Notes under the pieces: model-generated
The model's input: the letters and a program-made list of their open reading frames with translations, nothing else
The model's database searches: none
Told to the model about the DNA's origin: nothing
Shown: positions 10,822 through 20,383 of the stretch, piece by piece
How positions within the stretch are numbered: the first letter of the stretch is position 1
How the letters are laid out: each line of letters begins with the position of its first letter
Position numbers and translations under genes: made by a program
NCBI GenBank assembly: GCA_963699755.1
Contig: CAVOVB010000001.1
Coordinates: forward strand, 1,376,001-1,440,000
Source of the DNA: an uncultured delta proteobacterium
GTDB taxonomy: Bacteria > Myxococcota_A > Polyangia > Polyangiales > Houyiibacteriaceae
Reading direction: 5' to 3'
DNA length: 64,000 bases

Positions 10822-11814
10822 TCAGGCTGCGACGACGGGGAGCTCGGTCGGCTTCGCGGTTTCCCGGATGTAAAACTGCTTGCAGTACCGTCGGTATTCG
10901 CCGATCGGCCCGTCGCCCTCGGCGAGAATCGGTCTTTCCACGTAGCGTTTGGCTTCCCAGATCGGCGCGTCTTGACCAACCTCTCGATTGAGGCCCCAAG
11001 TGGCTGCGGCGCGGAGCACATGCGCGAGCGCCAACCGTCGCGGTCCCAGCTGCTTCACCGACGATGCGGTGCGCAGAACGATCTTGCCGCGCTCGACGGG
11101 GCTCGACAGGACTAGCAAATTGATCTCGATGCCGAAGCGCTCGATGCTCACACGCACCAGGGAATATCCAAGTCCGTGAACCTCGACACGGAACTTGGCG
11201 ACGAAGCGGATCTTGCTTCCCAGTGGGTATTGAATCCCATAGGCCCCTTTCAGGAGATGCCCGTCGATCTCGAGGTCCCCCTCGGTCCAGGCACCACCGA
11301 AGCCGTGAACCTGAACGAAGTGCCCGATGTCGACGCTATTCTCACTCGTCTCTTGCGGGTGGCTCTTCAGCTCCATGGCTCGGGTGCTGAAGGCAGTCCA
11401 ACCCTCAGCGGGGCCCGGTAGGATCGGAATCTCCCAATCGGGCTGCTTCCCTTCCGGGTGGTACCAGGCGAAGATGTAACCGTTGTGCTCGCGAGTCGGC
11501 CAGGAGCCGAGCTTGGCCTTGCGCGGAACCGCCTTCCCGTACGCGGTCCGCACGCAGCGGCCATCAGCCCCAAATTCGAAGCCGTGAAATGCGCACCGGA
11601 GGTTCTCTCCAACGACCTTTCCTGCGCCCAAGTGTGCGCCCAGGTGCGGACAGTACCCGTCCGCCAAGTGCGCCCTGCCGGACTCAGTCCGATAGAGAAC
11701 AAGCTCCTCGCCGAAGTACCTGACTGGAAGGACCTGGCCCGCGCGCACCTCCTTGGAGGTCGCAACGGTGTACCAACCAAACGGAATGCCCGGAAAGCGG
11801 TAGTCATCGACCAC
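10822..11814 (-). CDS. Rieske [2Fe-2S] oxygenase/desaturase, KshA / Neverland-like
   Basis: CPHLGAH...CAFH Rieske motif, ENSVDIGHFVQVH iron motif, C-terminal QDAPIWEAK...DGPIGEYRRYCKQFY; GTG start after GGAGG. Confidence 0.85.
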   Translation of the reverse strand: MVDDYRFPGIPFGWYTVATSKEVRAGQVLPVRYFGEELVLYRTESGRAHLADGYCPHLGAHLGAGKVVGENLRCAFHGFEFGADGRCVRTAYGKAVPRKAKLGSWPTREHNGYIFAWYHPEGKQPDWEIPILPGPAEGWTAFSTRAMELKSHPQETSENSVDIGHFVQVHGFGGAWTEGDLEIDGHLLKGAYGIQYPLGSKIRFVAKFRVEVHGLGYSLVRVSIERFGIEINLLVLSSPVERGKIVLRTASSVKQLGPRRLALAHVLRAAATWGLNREVGQDAPIWEAKRYVERPILAEGDGPIGEYRRYCKQFYIRETAKPTELPVVAA

Positions 11815-12030
11815 GATAGTTCTCCTCCGAAGGCGCGCGGAACCCCTTCTCGCAGGGGAATGTAGGCCCATCCCCCCCACTGCAACGAAAAACCGGGTGA
11901 ATGGTACTCAGACGGGGGTGAATGGAGGGTCGGCCGGGGCGAACCGTCCGGATTCGGCCTTTGACGGCAGAAAAGCCTGCATTTCGGAGGGTGTCTATTC
12001 CACGCGGGCGGGGGCCGATCTCTTTACAAG

Positions 12031-12879
12031 ATGCCCGAAACCGATATTAACGCGCCTGTGATAGCAAAGTTGCTAGGCCTCCCGGACACGCCCGGCGTGA
12101 TGTTCCTCGTTTTTGCTGGCGGCGGGATGCTCTACTTCTTCACGATCGCGTCGATTGCGTACTATCTTTATTTCAAAAAGTTCAAAGCGCGCTTTCATCC
12201 CGACTACGAGCTCGATCCCCAAGAGATGAAGTCCGCCATCAAATGGGTGGTCATCGGGATCATCGGCAACGGCGTCCTGATGCTTCCGATCCACCTGCTG
12301 ATCGCGAAGAACTACTCGAAAATGTACTACGATGTCAGCGACCACGGTTGGGGTTGGATCTTCGCGCAGGTCGTCTTGCTTCTGGTCTTCACCGAGACGC
12401 TGATTTACTGGACGCATTATGCGTTTCACCGCGTGCCCTGGCTCTGGAAGCACGTTCACCAGCGCCACCACGTATACAAGGTTCCGCAGCCCTATTCTGC
12501 GCTGTCATTCAATCCAATGGACTCGTTTCTGCAGGCAGTCCCGCATCACGTTGCGGCATTCTTCTTCCCACTGCATGCGGGCGTTTACGTCGCTTCGGTG
12601 ACCTTCGTGACGCTCTGGGCAGTCTGCATTCACGATCGTGTGAGCTTCTTTCGCTGGCCCTGGCTCAACTACACCGACCACCACACGCTTCATCACTGGT
12701 ACAGCGATTTCAACCTGGGTCAGTACTTCACGTTCTGGGATCGCCTGGTGGGGACGTATCGGAGCCCGAAAATCGACTACGGAGACGTGCCCGAGGGCAT
12801 CATCTACCGGCCAACGCACGCCAGGGCGACTTCGACGGCTCCGAGCGCGCTCGGCGGAAGGTCCGCGAATCCGGTCTGA
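12031..12879 (+). CDS. Sterol desaturase family protein (ERG3/SC5D-like, fatty acid hydroxylase superfamily)
   Basis: His boxes HYAFH, HQRHH, HHTLHH and NLGQYFTFWDRLVGTY; TM segments. Confidence 0.88.
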   Translation: MPETDINAPVIAKLLGLPDTPGVMFLVFAGGGMLYFFTIASIAYYLYFKKFKARFHPDYELDPQEMKSAIKWVVIGIIGNGVLMLPIHLLIAKNYSKMYYDVSDHGWGWIFAQVVLLLVFTETLIYWTHYAFHRVPWLWKHVHQRHHVYKVPQPYSALSFNPMDSFLQAVPHHVAAFFFPLHAGVYVASVTFVTLWAVCIHDRVSFFRWPWLNYTDHHTLHHWYSDFNLGQYFTFWDRLVGTYRSPKIDYGDVPEGIIYRPTHARATSTAPSALGGRSANPV

Positions 12880-12881
12880 GC

Positions 12882-13160
12882 TCAGCGGGTGATTCTGAAG
12901 TCGGTGAACTCGCCGGTGTAGCTTCGCCAGCGGACATCAACGGCGTCGACTCTCGCCGTCGAAGGACCTGCCTGGGCCCAGGACAAGAAGTCTTTCACGT
13001 CATCCTCTTCGCCTTCGGCGACGATTTCGACCGAGCCATCGCTGCGGTTCTTGACCCAACCGCTCAAGCCGTGCTGTCGCGCTTCGCGCTGCGCGGTCGC
13101 CCTGAAGTACACGCCCTGAACGCGGCCGCGGACGACGAGGTGAATTCGTTTCTGGCCCAT
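12882..13160 (-). CDS. acyP: Acylphosphatase
   Basis: GRVQGVYFR, GWVKNRSDGSVE. Confidence 0.95.
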   Translation of the reverse strand: MGQKRIHLVVRGRVQGVYFRATAQREARQHGLSGWVKNRSDGSVEIVAEGEEDDVKDFLSWAQAGPSTARVDAVDVRWRSYTGEFTDFRITR

Positions 13161-13197
13161 CGTTTAGTTATTGCCTATCGGCTCGGCGCCGCAAACC

Positions 13198-13458
13198 TCA
13201 ACCGTACCGGACATCCAAAACATGGAAGTATCCGAAAACTAGGAGCTTTCCGACGTGGCTTCCCAGTGAGCCACCATCCTCGGCGGCAAGGTTCTTGGCG
13301 AAGGCAAATGCCTCGGCCGCATGCACCGCCAGGAGGCCCAAGAAGAGCGTCTGGCCGATCCCTGCCTGTGGCACCGACGCCGGCGCAAGGTAGGAGAGAA
13401 CGCCCCAAACCCATCCAGCCAGCACGAGTACTTTTCCGACTGCGGCTGCGCGCTTCAT
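13198..13458 (-). CDS. Small membrane protein (DUF1145-like)
   Basis: LLAVHAAE...LLVFGYFH pattern; TATGCT 6 nt before ATG. Confidence 0.65.
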   Translation of the reverse strand: MKRAAAVGKVLVLAGWVWGVLSYLAPASVPQAGIGQTLFLGLLAVHAAEAFAFAKNLAAEDGGSLGSHVGKLLVFGYFHVLDVRYG

Positions 13459-13471
13459 GCGCGGAGCATAC

Positions 13472-15151
13472 TCAATCGGGAAGCCTCATGACACCCGGCA
13501 GGGGCTGAGTTGGGGCGCCTGGAGGAGCCGGGACACCGAGCAACGCGGCAAGGCTCGTTGCAACTTGCAGCACATTCTGTGGTTCCGCGCTGATGCGGCG
13601 CTCGATCGCCGTTCCCCACATCAGGACCGGGACACGGCGGTCGTAGTCCCACGGGGTTCCGTGGTTCGTCCCGCCTAGCTCGGAAAGCCCGTCGAACCAG
13701 CCAGGCTCTGTGACGAGATAGAGATCACCAGGTGGTTCGTTGGGGAGCGTGGCACCGATCAGTCGCTCGATCTCCTTCCCGCTCGCGCGAAGCGCTGCCG
13801 AGTTCTGCGTTTCGTAGACCGCTTCGACGCCTTCGACCTCGGGCAGAGCCTTGCGTAATGCCTTGCCGAGCTCCTCTCGACGGGCTTTGCCTTCGGCCGT
13901 GTAAGTGAGCAAGGGCGCAACGTAGCCGGCGATCCAGTCCCCGTCACCCAGGGCTGCGTCGGCAGCATCCTCGGCCGCTTTTGTCAGTACGTGGCCCTGC
14001 AGACGGCCCCCGGGTCTGCCTTCCGCGCGGGCTCGCTCCGGAAGCTCTGCGACCCCGTGGTCAGCCGTGAGCACGAAGGCAACCGGACCACGAGCCTGCA
14101 GGAGTTGCACGAAGCGGGTGAGCGCGCGGTCGATTCGCTGAAGATTGTCGGCGTACTCCCAAGACTGCGGACCCCAGACGTGTCCGACGAGGTCGGTCCC
14201 CGAAATTCCGAGCGCGAGCAAATCAGGCACTTCATCCATGCCCATTCGTTCTGCTTTCACGACGGCATATGCGGCGGCCATCAAGTACTCGCTCGCTTCG
14301 GGCGTTCCGGCAAACGCGTACCAGGGATCTGGAGCCTCCCGCGGATCGTGCGGGAAGGCAGGATACATCTCCCCGGGCGCGGCGTCGGGGCCGAGCGCCT
14401 CCTCGAGCCTGCGCGGATCGCTGGGCTCCCAAGCTTGAAGCAGAGGCTCGACCGGATTCGCCTTGTTGAAATCCCGCAGCCATCGAGGGAGCGACGTGTC
14501 CGGCGCGTAGTACGTCGACGTCGTCATGGAGCGCGCTACAGCGTCGTAGAAGACAGCGATGTCGGGCTTCTTGCCGACCGGAAGCACAGCGGAGCGCCCC
14601 TTGATCGAGATCCCCACGATGCGCGCCCTCCCAGCGCTCTCGCGCTGCAAGATGTCGGCGACCGTTTCCGCGCGCATTTGCGTCGGGCTCACGAAGCGAT
14701 CCGGATTTCCGAGAACGGCATGTTCGCGGTCGTCCACGGTGCGACGCGATCCGAGCTCGGCATCATATACTGCGTTCGCGACGATCCCGTGCACGGCAGG
14801 GGGCACGCCACTGGTGAGCGAAGCGTGCCCGGGCGCCGTCTGGGTGCAAGCGTAAGGAAACTCCGCCCGATGAGCCGCGCCGTCTTCATACGCGCGGCGA
14901 ATCGCACTGTCGCTTGGGAGCAGTTGCAGCTGTTCGTCGAGCACCCAGGAGCCAAGTTGATCGAGGATGATCAACACGACGAGCCGCGGGGCCACCGAAG
15001 CCTGGGAAGCCGGCTCCGGCGTGGCCAAGGTCTTTTCGACCGGCGTTTCGGCTTGTGGTGCAGTCCTTGCACAGCCGGGCACGACGGTCGTCGCCACCGA
15101 GAGCGATGCAGCGAGAACGACACGGGCGATAGTCTTCGATTTCATCCTCAC
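13472..15151 (-). CDS. Alkaline phosphatase superfamily protein (PafA-like, Thr nucleophile), secreted or lipoprotein
   Basis: LIILDQL, TQTAPGHA, IKGRSA, DLVGH, TADHG, HGTPWDYD. Confidence 0.88.
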   Translation of the reverse strand: MRMKSKTIARVVLAASLSVATTVVPGCARTAPQAETPVEKTLATPEPASQASVAPRLVVLIILDQLGSWVLDEQLQLLPSDSAIRRAYEDGAAHRAEFPYACTQTAPGHASLTSGVPPAVHGIVANAVYDAELGSRRTVDDREHAVLGNPDRFVSPTQMRAETVADILQRESAGRARIVGISIKGRSAVLPVGKKPDIAVFYDAVARSMTTSTYYAPDTSLPRWLRDFNKANPVEPLLQAWEPSDPRRLEEALGPDAAPGEMYPAFPHDPREAPDPWYAFAGTPEASEYLMAAAYAVVKAERMGMDEVPDLLALGISGTDLVGHVWGPQSWEYADNLQRIDRALTRFVQLLQARGPVAFVLTADHGVAELPERARAEGRPGGRLQGHVLTKAAEDAADAALGDGDWIAGYVAPLLTYTAEGKARREELGKALRKALPEVEGVEAVYETQNSAALRASGKEIERLIGATLPNEPPGDLYLVTEPGWFDGLSELGGTNHGTPWDYDRRVPVLMWGTAIERRISAEPQNVLQVATSLAALLGVPAPPGAPTQPLPGVMRLPD

Positions 15152-15247
15152 CAGCGCAACCTATCCTGGCAAAAGCGTGGCCGCTAGGCGCCGGAAGAGC
15201 CGAGGCTTGAAACCTGGGGTGGGTCGGCGCTAGACGTAGTGTCCCAG

Positions 15248-15793
15248 ATGAGCGGACGTCTACGAAGCATTCATGCCAACGCGCGCATTGCGCGAGGCTG
15301 GTCGATCGGTTTTTACATCGCTGGCGTTGCAGCACTGGGCACAGGACTGCTCCTCGGAGCGATCGTCGCCGCCGCGACGGGCACGGCCGCCGGCCTCACC
15401 GTCGCTGCGCTGATCGCAGGCGGTGGCGTTGCGACCGGTGGCTTGAGCCTTTGGGAGAGCCGCCGCTTCGAGCAGCGCGCGAAGCGACTCGAAAGCAGGA
15501 TTTCGGAACAGCGCCTCTTTTCACTTGCGGAGAAGCACCGTGGGATGTTGCGCGTCGTCGACGTGGCCAAGGGACTTGGCGTCATGAGCGCGGAAGCCGA
15601 GGCGCTCCTCGATAGCCTGGTGGACGAGGTACGCGTTTCGATGCACGTGACCGAGGAAGGCGAGATTCGCTACCTTTTTCGCGAGATCGTCGACCCATCC
15701 GGCCCGCATGTTCGCGTAGAGCTTGCCGAAGCGGAAAGCGTAGAGGAAACCGAGCCGCTGAGCGTCGAGCGAAAGAAGTATCTAAGTGATTGA
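15248..15793 (+). CDS. Hypothetical membrane protein with C-terminal winged-helix-like region
   Basis: Two TM helices then LAEKHRGMLRVVDVA...EGEIRYLF; start uncertain (15239 or 15248). Confidence 0.7.
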   Translation: MSGRLRSIHANARIARGWSIGFYIAGVAALGTGLLLGAIVAAATGTAAGLTVAALIAGGGVATGGLSLWESRRFEQRAKRLESRISEQRLFSLAEKHRGMLRVVDVAKGLGVMSAEAEALLDSLVDEVRVSMHVTEEGEIRYLFREIVDPSGPHVRVELAEAESVEETEPLSVERKKYLSD

Positions 15794-15799
15794 TATAAT
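15791..15799 (+). promoter_or_regulatory. Candidate extended -10 promoter for rpmE operon
   Basis: Perfect TGaTATAAT in an AT-rich patch ~115 nt upstream of rpmE. Confidence 0.45.
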
Positions 15800-15852
15800 G
15801 GAATTTTGGGAGTGACAAGCTTGCGCCTGAAGGGGCTCAGCCCGATGATTTG

Positions 15853-15902
15853 CCGTCTGGGGTCGCCTAAGCTACATACGGCGACCTCGCTTAGCGACGG
15901 AG
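15853..15902 (+). ncRNA. Candidate structured cis-regulatory leader of rpmE
   Basis: Two mutually exclusive stems overlapping or adjoining the GGAG RBS (see findings). Confidence 0.5.
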
Positions 15903-15912
15903 CACGACTGCA

Positions 15913-16158
15913 ATGAAACCCGACATCCATCCTGAATACAACACGATCACCGTGCACTGCGCTTGTGGCGCCTCGTTCGAGATGCGCTCGACCCGGAGCA
16001 TCGATCAGGTGGATATCTGCTCGGAATGCCACCCGTTCTACACCGGCAAGCAGAAGCTGGTGGACACCGCGGGTCGCGTCGAGCGTTTCCGCAGGAAGTA
16101 CTCGAAGGCAGGCAAGACGAAGGCCGACGCGGCGCCCGAAGCGCCCGCCGACAACTAG
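15913..16158 (+). CDS. rpmE: 50S ribosomal protein L31 (zinc-binding type)
   Basis: [26 protein letters not shown]. Confidence 0.98.
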   Translation: MKPDIHPEYNTITVHCACGASFEMRSTRSIDQVDICSECHPFYTGKQKLVDTAGRVERFRRKYSKAGKTKADAAPEAPADN

Positions 16159-16194
16159 GCGGCCTTGCCCCGCAAGGGCACCATATTGGCAACG

Positions 16195-17208
16195 ATGGCC
16201 CAACCCTACATTGGTGGGCAGGCGGTCATCGAAGGCGTGATGATGCGCGCTCCTGCCTGTCTAACCGTCGCCGTGCGGCGGCCCGACGGGACAATTGCGC
16301 TCCGCGAGGGCCCGTACCGCTCGACCTGGTCGAAGAAGCTCTGGAAGCTTCCGGGCTTTCGGGGCGTGGCGATGTTGGTCGAATCGATGACGATGGGCTT
16401 CTCGGCGCTTCAGTTCTCTGCGGAGCAGCAGATGACCGAAGAGGAGCTCGCGCAGGACCAGGGATCGGGGCGACTGGCCGTAGTCATTTCGACCGTGCTG
16501 GCGCTTGGACTCTTCGTTGCACTGCCGCAATTTCTCGCGAGCCTGGCGTCGAAGGGCGCAGGCTGGGACCTGGGCCTCACCGACACAGGGTTCCACGTGC
16601 TGATCGGAGGATTCAAATTACTGATCTTCGTTGGATACCTATTCGCGATCAGCCGAATTCCCGATGTGCGGCGCTTGTTTCAGTATCACGGTGCCGAGCA
16701 CAAGACGATTCACGCCTACGAAAAGAACCTGCCGCTGACCGTCGAAAACGTGCAGGCCCAGACTACACTTCATCCACGCTGCGGAACCACGTTCCTCGTC
16801 GTCGTCATCGTCGTTTCGATCATCCTCGGCTCCCTTGCGGCACCGCTGCTGATGCCCGAGGTCGAAGGTTGGTTGGCTCAGGCCTCGCTCCTGCTGATTC
16901 GCATCGGAATTCTCCCAGTCATCGCCGCCATCTCGTATGAGCTTCAACGACTGAGCGCGCGCTTCTGTACGACCGGCTGGCGGCGGGTCGTGCTCTATCC
17001 AGGCTTTCTATTTCAGAAAATCACCACTCGGCAGCCCGACGACGACCAAGTCGAAATCGCCATCGCGGCCATGGAGACCGCTGCCTGGCGTGACCGCATC
17101 CAGGACCAGGCACCCCATGGTCAAGAGCCGATTGTCTTTGCGAGTTTTGCCCGCTTCAGGGAAGTATTGGGCGGGGACGGCTCCTTGGGCGCGTCCCGCG
17201 CGGCCTGA
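16195..17208 (+). CDS. DUF1385 (YqhQ-like) membrane protein
   Basis: GGQAVIEGVMMR, FQYHGAEHKTIH, HPRCGTTF; usual rpmE-prfA context. Confidence 0.9.
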   Translation: MAQPYIGGQAVIEGVMMRAPACLTVAVRRPDGTIALREGPYRSTWSKKLWKLPGFRGVAMLVESMTMGFSALQFSAEQQMTEEELAQDQGSGRLAVVISTVLALGLFVALPQFLASLASKGAGWDLGLTDTGFHVLIGGFKLLIFVGYLFAISRIPDVRRLFQYHGAEHKTIHAYEKNLPLTVENVQAQTTLHPRCGTTFLVVVIVVSIILGSLAAPLLMPEVEGWLAQASLLLIRIGILPVIAAISYELQRLSARFCTTGWRRVVLYPGFLFQKITTRQPDDDQVEIAIAAMETAAWRDRIQDQAPHGQEPIVFASFARFREVLGGDGSLGASRAA

Positions 17209-17210
17209 AC

Positions 17211-18284
17211 ATGCTTCCCACCGACAAGCTCGAATCCCTAGCGGCTCGCTACCGCGAGATCAACGAGCTGCTTTGCCAGCCGAACGTCGTGTCGGACACC
17301 AAGCGGTACACGGGGCTCAACAAGGAGCGCTCGGATCTCCAGGAAGTCGTGGAGGCGTACGCGCGCTATGAGCAAGTCGTGGAGGACCTCGCGGGTCACA
17401 AGGAAGCGCTTGCCGACCCCGATCTTCGCGGGCTCGCAACCGACGAAATTCCCGGGCTCGAAGAAGAACGCGAACAGCTCGAAGCCGCAATCAATCTCTT
17501 GCTATTGCCGAAAGATCCGAACGACGAACGTGACACGATCCTCGAGATTCGCAGCGGCACCGGTGGCGAGGAAGCGGCTCTGTTCGCCGCAGACCTCTTT
17601 CGTATGTATTCGCGATACGCGGAAACACAGGGATGGAAGGTCGAGGTCATGTCTCTGAGCGAGGCGTCTGCCGGCGGACTCAAGGAAGTCATCGCGACGA
17701 TCTCCGGTGACAATGTCTATTCGCGGCTCCGCTTCGAAGGAGGCGTGCACCGGGTTCAGCGCGTTCCGGCGACCGAGTCGCAGGGGCGCATCCACACTTC
17801 GACGGCGACCGTTGCGGTGTTGCCCGAGGTCGACGACGTCGACGAGGTCAAGATCGACCCCAAAGACCTGGAAATCAGCGCGACCGCGGCCGGTGGTCCG
17901 GGCGGCCAGCACGTGAACCGGACACTCTCCGCAGTGCAGATCAAGCACATCCCGAGCGGCATCATGGTGCGCTCCGAGCAACAGCGTTCACAGCACCAGA
18001 ACAAGGCCAAGGCGCTGCAGATCCTCTCGGCAAAGCTCCTCGAGATCGAACGAGAGGCTCAGGCGAGCGCGATCAGCTCGGAGCGGCGCAGCATGGTAGG
18101 CTCAGGGGAGCGCTCCGAAAAGATCCGCACGTACAACTATCCCCAAAACCGAATCACCGACCACCGCATTCAGCTGACTCTGCACAACCTCGACCAGGTC
18201 ATGCAAGGCGATCTCGACGGGCTCTTCACCTCCTTGAGAAGCCATCATCAGGCCGAGCTAATGCGGCAGCAGTCAGAGAGCTGA
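17211..18284 (+). CDS. prfA: Peptide chain release factor 1
   Basis: GVHRVQRVPATE (PxT), GGQ, RSEKIRTYNYPQNRITDHR. Confidence 0.97.
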   Translation: MLPTDKLESLAARYREINELLCQPNVVSDTKRYTGLNKERSDLQEVVEAYARYEQVVEDLAGHKEALADPDLRGLATDEIPGLEEEREQLEAAINLLLLPKDPNDERDTILEIRSGTGGEEAALFAADLFRMYSRYAETQGWKVEVMSLSEASAGGLKEVIATISGDNVYSRLRFEGGVHRVQRVPATESQGRIHTSTATVAVLPEVDDVDEVKIDPKDLEISATAAGGPGGQHVNRTLSAVQIKHIPSGIMVRSEQQRSQHQNKAKALQILSAKLLEIEREAQASAISSERRSMVGSGERSEKIRTYNYPQNRITDHRIQLTLHNLDQVMQGDLDGLFTSLRSHHQAELMRQQSES

Positions 18285-18302
18285 GCATGGGATCGCACTT
18301 CC

Positions 18303-18959
18303 CTACGGAATCAGCCTCTCTTCTTTGAGCTTCTTCGCGACAGCCGCGGTCATCGATTTGCGGGCGTCGGGGATCGACGACGGGTCAACCGTGTCCGACT
18401 GGCCCGTCCAGACCAGACCGCTGGTGGCCAATGAGTAGAGGTTGGTTTCCAATCGGATCGTGGTGCTCGTCTCGAAGTAGCCCGGCGTATGCACCTGGGC
18501 ATAAGTGGTGCCGTAGAATCCATAGAATCCGTATCCGTAGATCCCGCCACCGCCTGCGTAGTACCTCGTTCTTGGGTTGTTGTAGGTCGATGGCGGCGTG
18601 TACTCCTGACTCTTGTCGACGCTCAGCAGGCGGGTGATGAGCACGCCATCGAAGCCACCGGCTCCCATCGCGCTTCGAATCTCCTCTTCGCTGAGTTGCT
18701 CGCTCTTCGGCAGGTGGCCCCAACTCGCCTCAGCCGAACCGCCTTGCTCCGTGATCGCCTCAGCGAATGCGTCCTCGAAGGCCTGCCGGCTCTCCTGGTT
18801 CTCGGCCACCCCGATGACGAACAGCTTCTTGAAGACCGTCTGTTCATAGCCGGGGTTGCGATAACTCTGAGAGATGTTGGTTGTTGTTTTGCTGCAAGCT
18901 GCGAGCGCAGAAATCGCGATCAGGATGACGGACAGTGTGGCGAGTTGAGTTTGGGTCAC
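18303..18959 (-). CDS. Putative lipoprotein
   Basis: LAAC lipobox, Gly/Tyr-rich segment, LETNLY...LVWTGQS. Confidence 0.8.
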   Translation of the reverse strand: MTQTQLATLSVILIAISALAACSKTTTNISQSYRNPGYEQTVFKKLFVIGVAENQESRQAFEDAFAEAITEQGGSAEASWGHLPKSEQLSEEEIRSAMGAGGFDGVLITRLLSVDKSQEYTPPSTYNNPRTRYYAGGGGIYGYGFYGFYGTTYAQVHTPGYFETSTTIRLETNLYSLATSGLVWTGQSDTVDPSSIPDARKSMTAAVAKKLKEERLIP

Positions 18960-19042
18960 TCGGTGAAGGTACGGTAGGAGCCCGGCCGATGCTAGCCGGC
19001 GGCGAAGCCACGTGGGTGACGCGACGCGTCGCCTCTAGCAGG

Positions 19043-19666
19043 TCAGTCGTCCCCGTTGGTACCGAGGTGACCGAGCCGGTCCTGCTTGGTCTTCAAGTAT
19101 TCGCGGTTGTGCTCGTGAGCTTCGATTTCATGCGGCTCGCGGCGCGTCACCCGGATGCCGCCGCTTTCGAGGCCTTGAACCTTGCGAGGATTGTTGGTCA
19201 TTAGCGCCACCGAGCGAACACCGAGGTCCCGAAGCATGTCGGCAGCTACTTGGTAGCCACGCTGGTCCTCCTCGAAGCCGAGCGCCAGATTCGCATCGAC
19301 GGTGTCGAGGCCTTCGTCCTGTTTGGCGTAGGCGCGGATCTTGTTGCCGAGGCCTATGCCCCGCCCTTCTTGTCGCAGGTAGATGACAGCGCCGGTGCCG
19401 GCTGCCTGAATACGTTCGAGCGCCAGGTCGAGTTGGTCGCGGCAGTCGCAGCGCAGAGAATGAAAGACTTCTCCAGTCAGGCACTCGCTGTGAACGCGAA
19501 TCAGCAGATCCTCTGCGCCTTCGACCTCGCCCGCAATCACCGCCAGATGTTCCTTGTCCCCACCGAGCTCCCGATACACGACCAGGCGGAACTGTCCAAA
19601 GCGCGAAGGCAATTGAGCCTCGGCATAGCGTTGCACGGTGGGTGCCTGGTCGCGCGATACGCTCAT
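19043..19666 (-). CDS. ribA: GTP cyclohydrolase II
   Basis: RVHSECLTGE, SLRCDC, YLRQEGRGIGL, MTNNPRK. Confidence 0.96.
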   Translation of the reverse strand: MSVSRDQAPTVQRYAEAQLPSRFGQFRLVVYRELGGDKEHLAVIAGEVEGAEDLLIRVHSECLTGEVFHSLRCDCRDQLDLALERIQAAGTGAVIYLRQEGRGIGLGNKIRAYAKQDEGLDTVDANLALGFEEDQRGYQVAADMLRDLGVRSVALMTNNPRKVQGLESGGIRVTRREPHEIEAHEHNREYLKTKQDRLGHLGTNGDD

Positions 19667-19712
19667 GGTGAAAGGGTTCGGTACCACAGGCAGGGGACTC
19701 GTTCCATCTGAC

Positions 19713-20375
19713 CTAGGACGGCACATGTGCATCGGAGAGCTGCGCAAGTAGCGAGGCGACCGATTCGGTGACCAAGTCCACCCGTTCCTTGATGTTGCTC
19801 GTCTCGAGTATCCGCTGACGTTCCTCGGGACTGACGACGAGCTGATCGGCTATGACGTCGGCCGCCTGCGCCGGCATGAGCTCGGCCGAAACCTGCAGGG
19901 CGAAATCCGGCTGCCGTTCTCGAACCTTGGCCGCCACTCTCGTCGCGCAGGCCATCATGGCGAGCACATCCGAAGATGATGCGCTGCCTGAATCCTCGAT
20001 AGGAACGGCGCGGGCGCAGCGGTAGGCGCGACCCGCGCTAGGAACCTCGTGGAGCCGAACTCGGTTGAGGCCGTGCAAAATCACATCGTGGGTACCGTCG
20101 GCTCGCGCCTGATGTGCCACGATACGGCCCGCGCCAGCGACCTCGTAGATCGCCGGCGTGTCCTCGTAGTGGTCCTCCCAACCCGGTGCGAGCAGAGCCA
20201 CCGCCATCGCGGTGCAACCACTTTGGAGGCAATCCTCGATCATCTCGGTGTATCGTGGCTCGAACAGGTGAAGCGGTAGCGCGGTTCCCGGGAAGAAGAC
20301 CACTCGGGGCAGAGGAAACACCGGAAGCCTGGCCAGCTCCTCAGCCGACAACGGAGTGCTCGGTTGCCATTCCAT
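19713..20375 (-). CDS. LON peptidase substrate-binding domain protein (no ATPase or protease domain)
   Basis: LPVFPLPRVVFFPGTALPLHLFEPRY. Confidence 0.9.
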   Translation of the reverse strand: MEWQPSTPLSAEELARLPVFPLPRVVFFPGTALPLHLFEPRYTEMIEDCLQSGCTAMAVALLAPGWEDHYEDTPAIYEVAGAGRIVAHQARADGTHDVILHGLNRVRLHEVPSAGRAYRCARAVPIEDSGSASSSDVLAMMACATRVAAKVRERQPDFALQVSAELMPAQAADVIADQLVVSPEERQRILETSNIKERVDLVTESVASLLAQLSDAHVPS

Positions 20376-20383
20376 TCGAGCCT

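Noticed and set aside
15859..15893. H-type pseudoknot in the rpmE leader
   Set aside because: Both connecting loops would be 0 nt, which is sterically implausible; reinterpreted as alternative folds.
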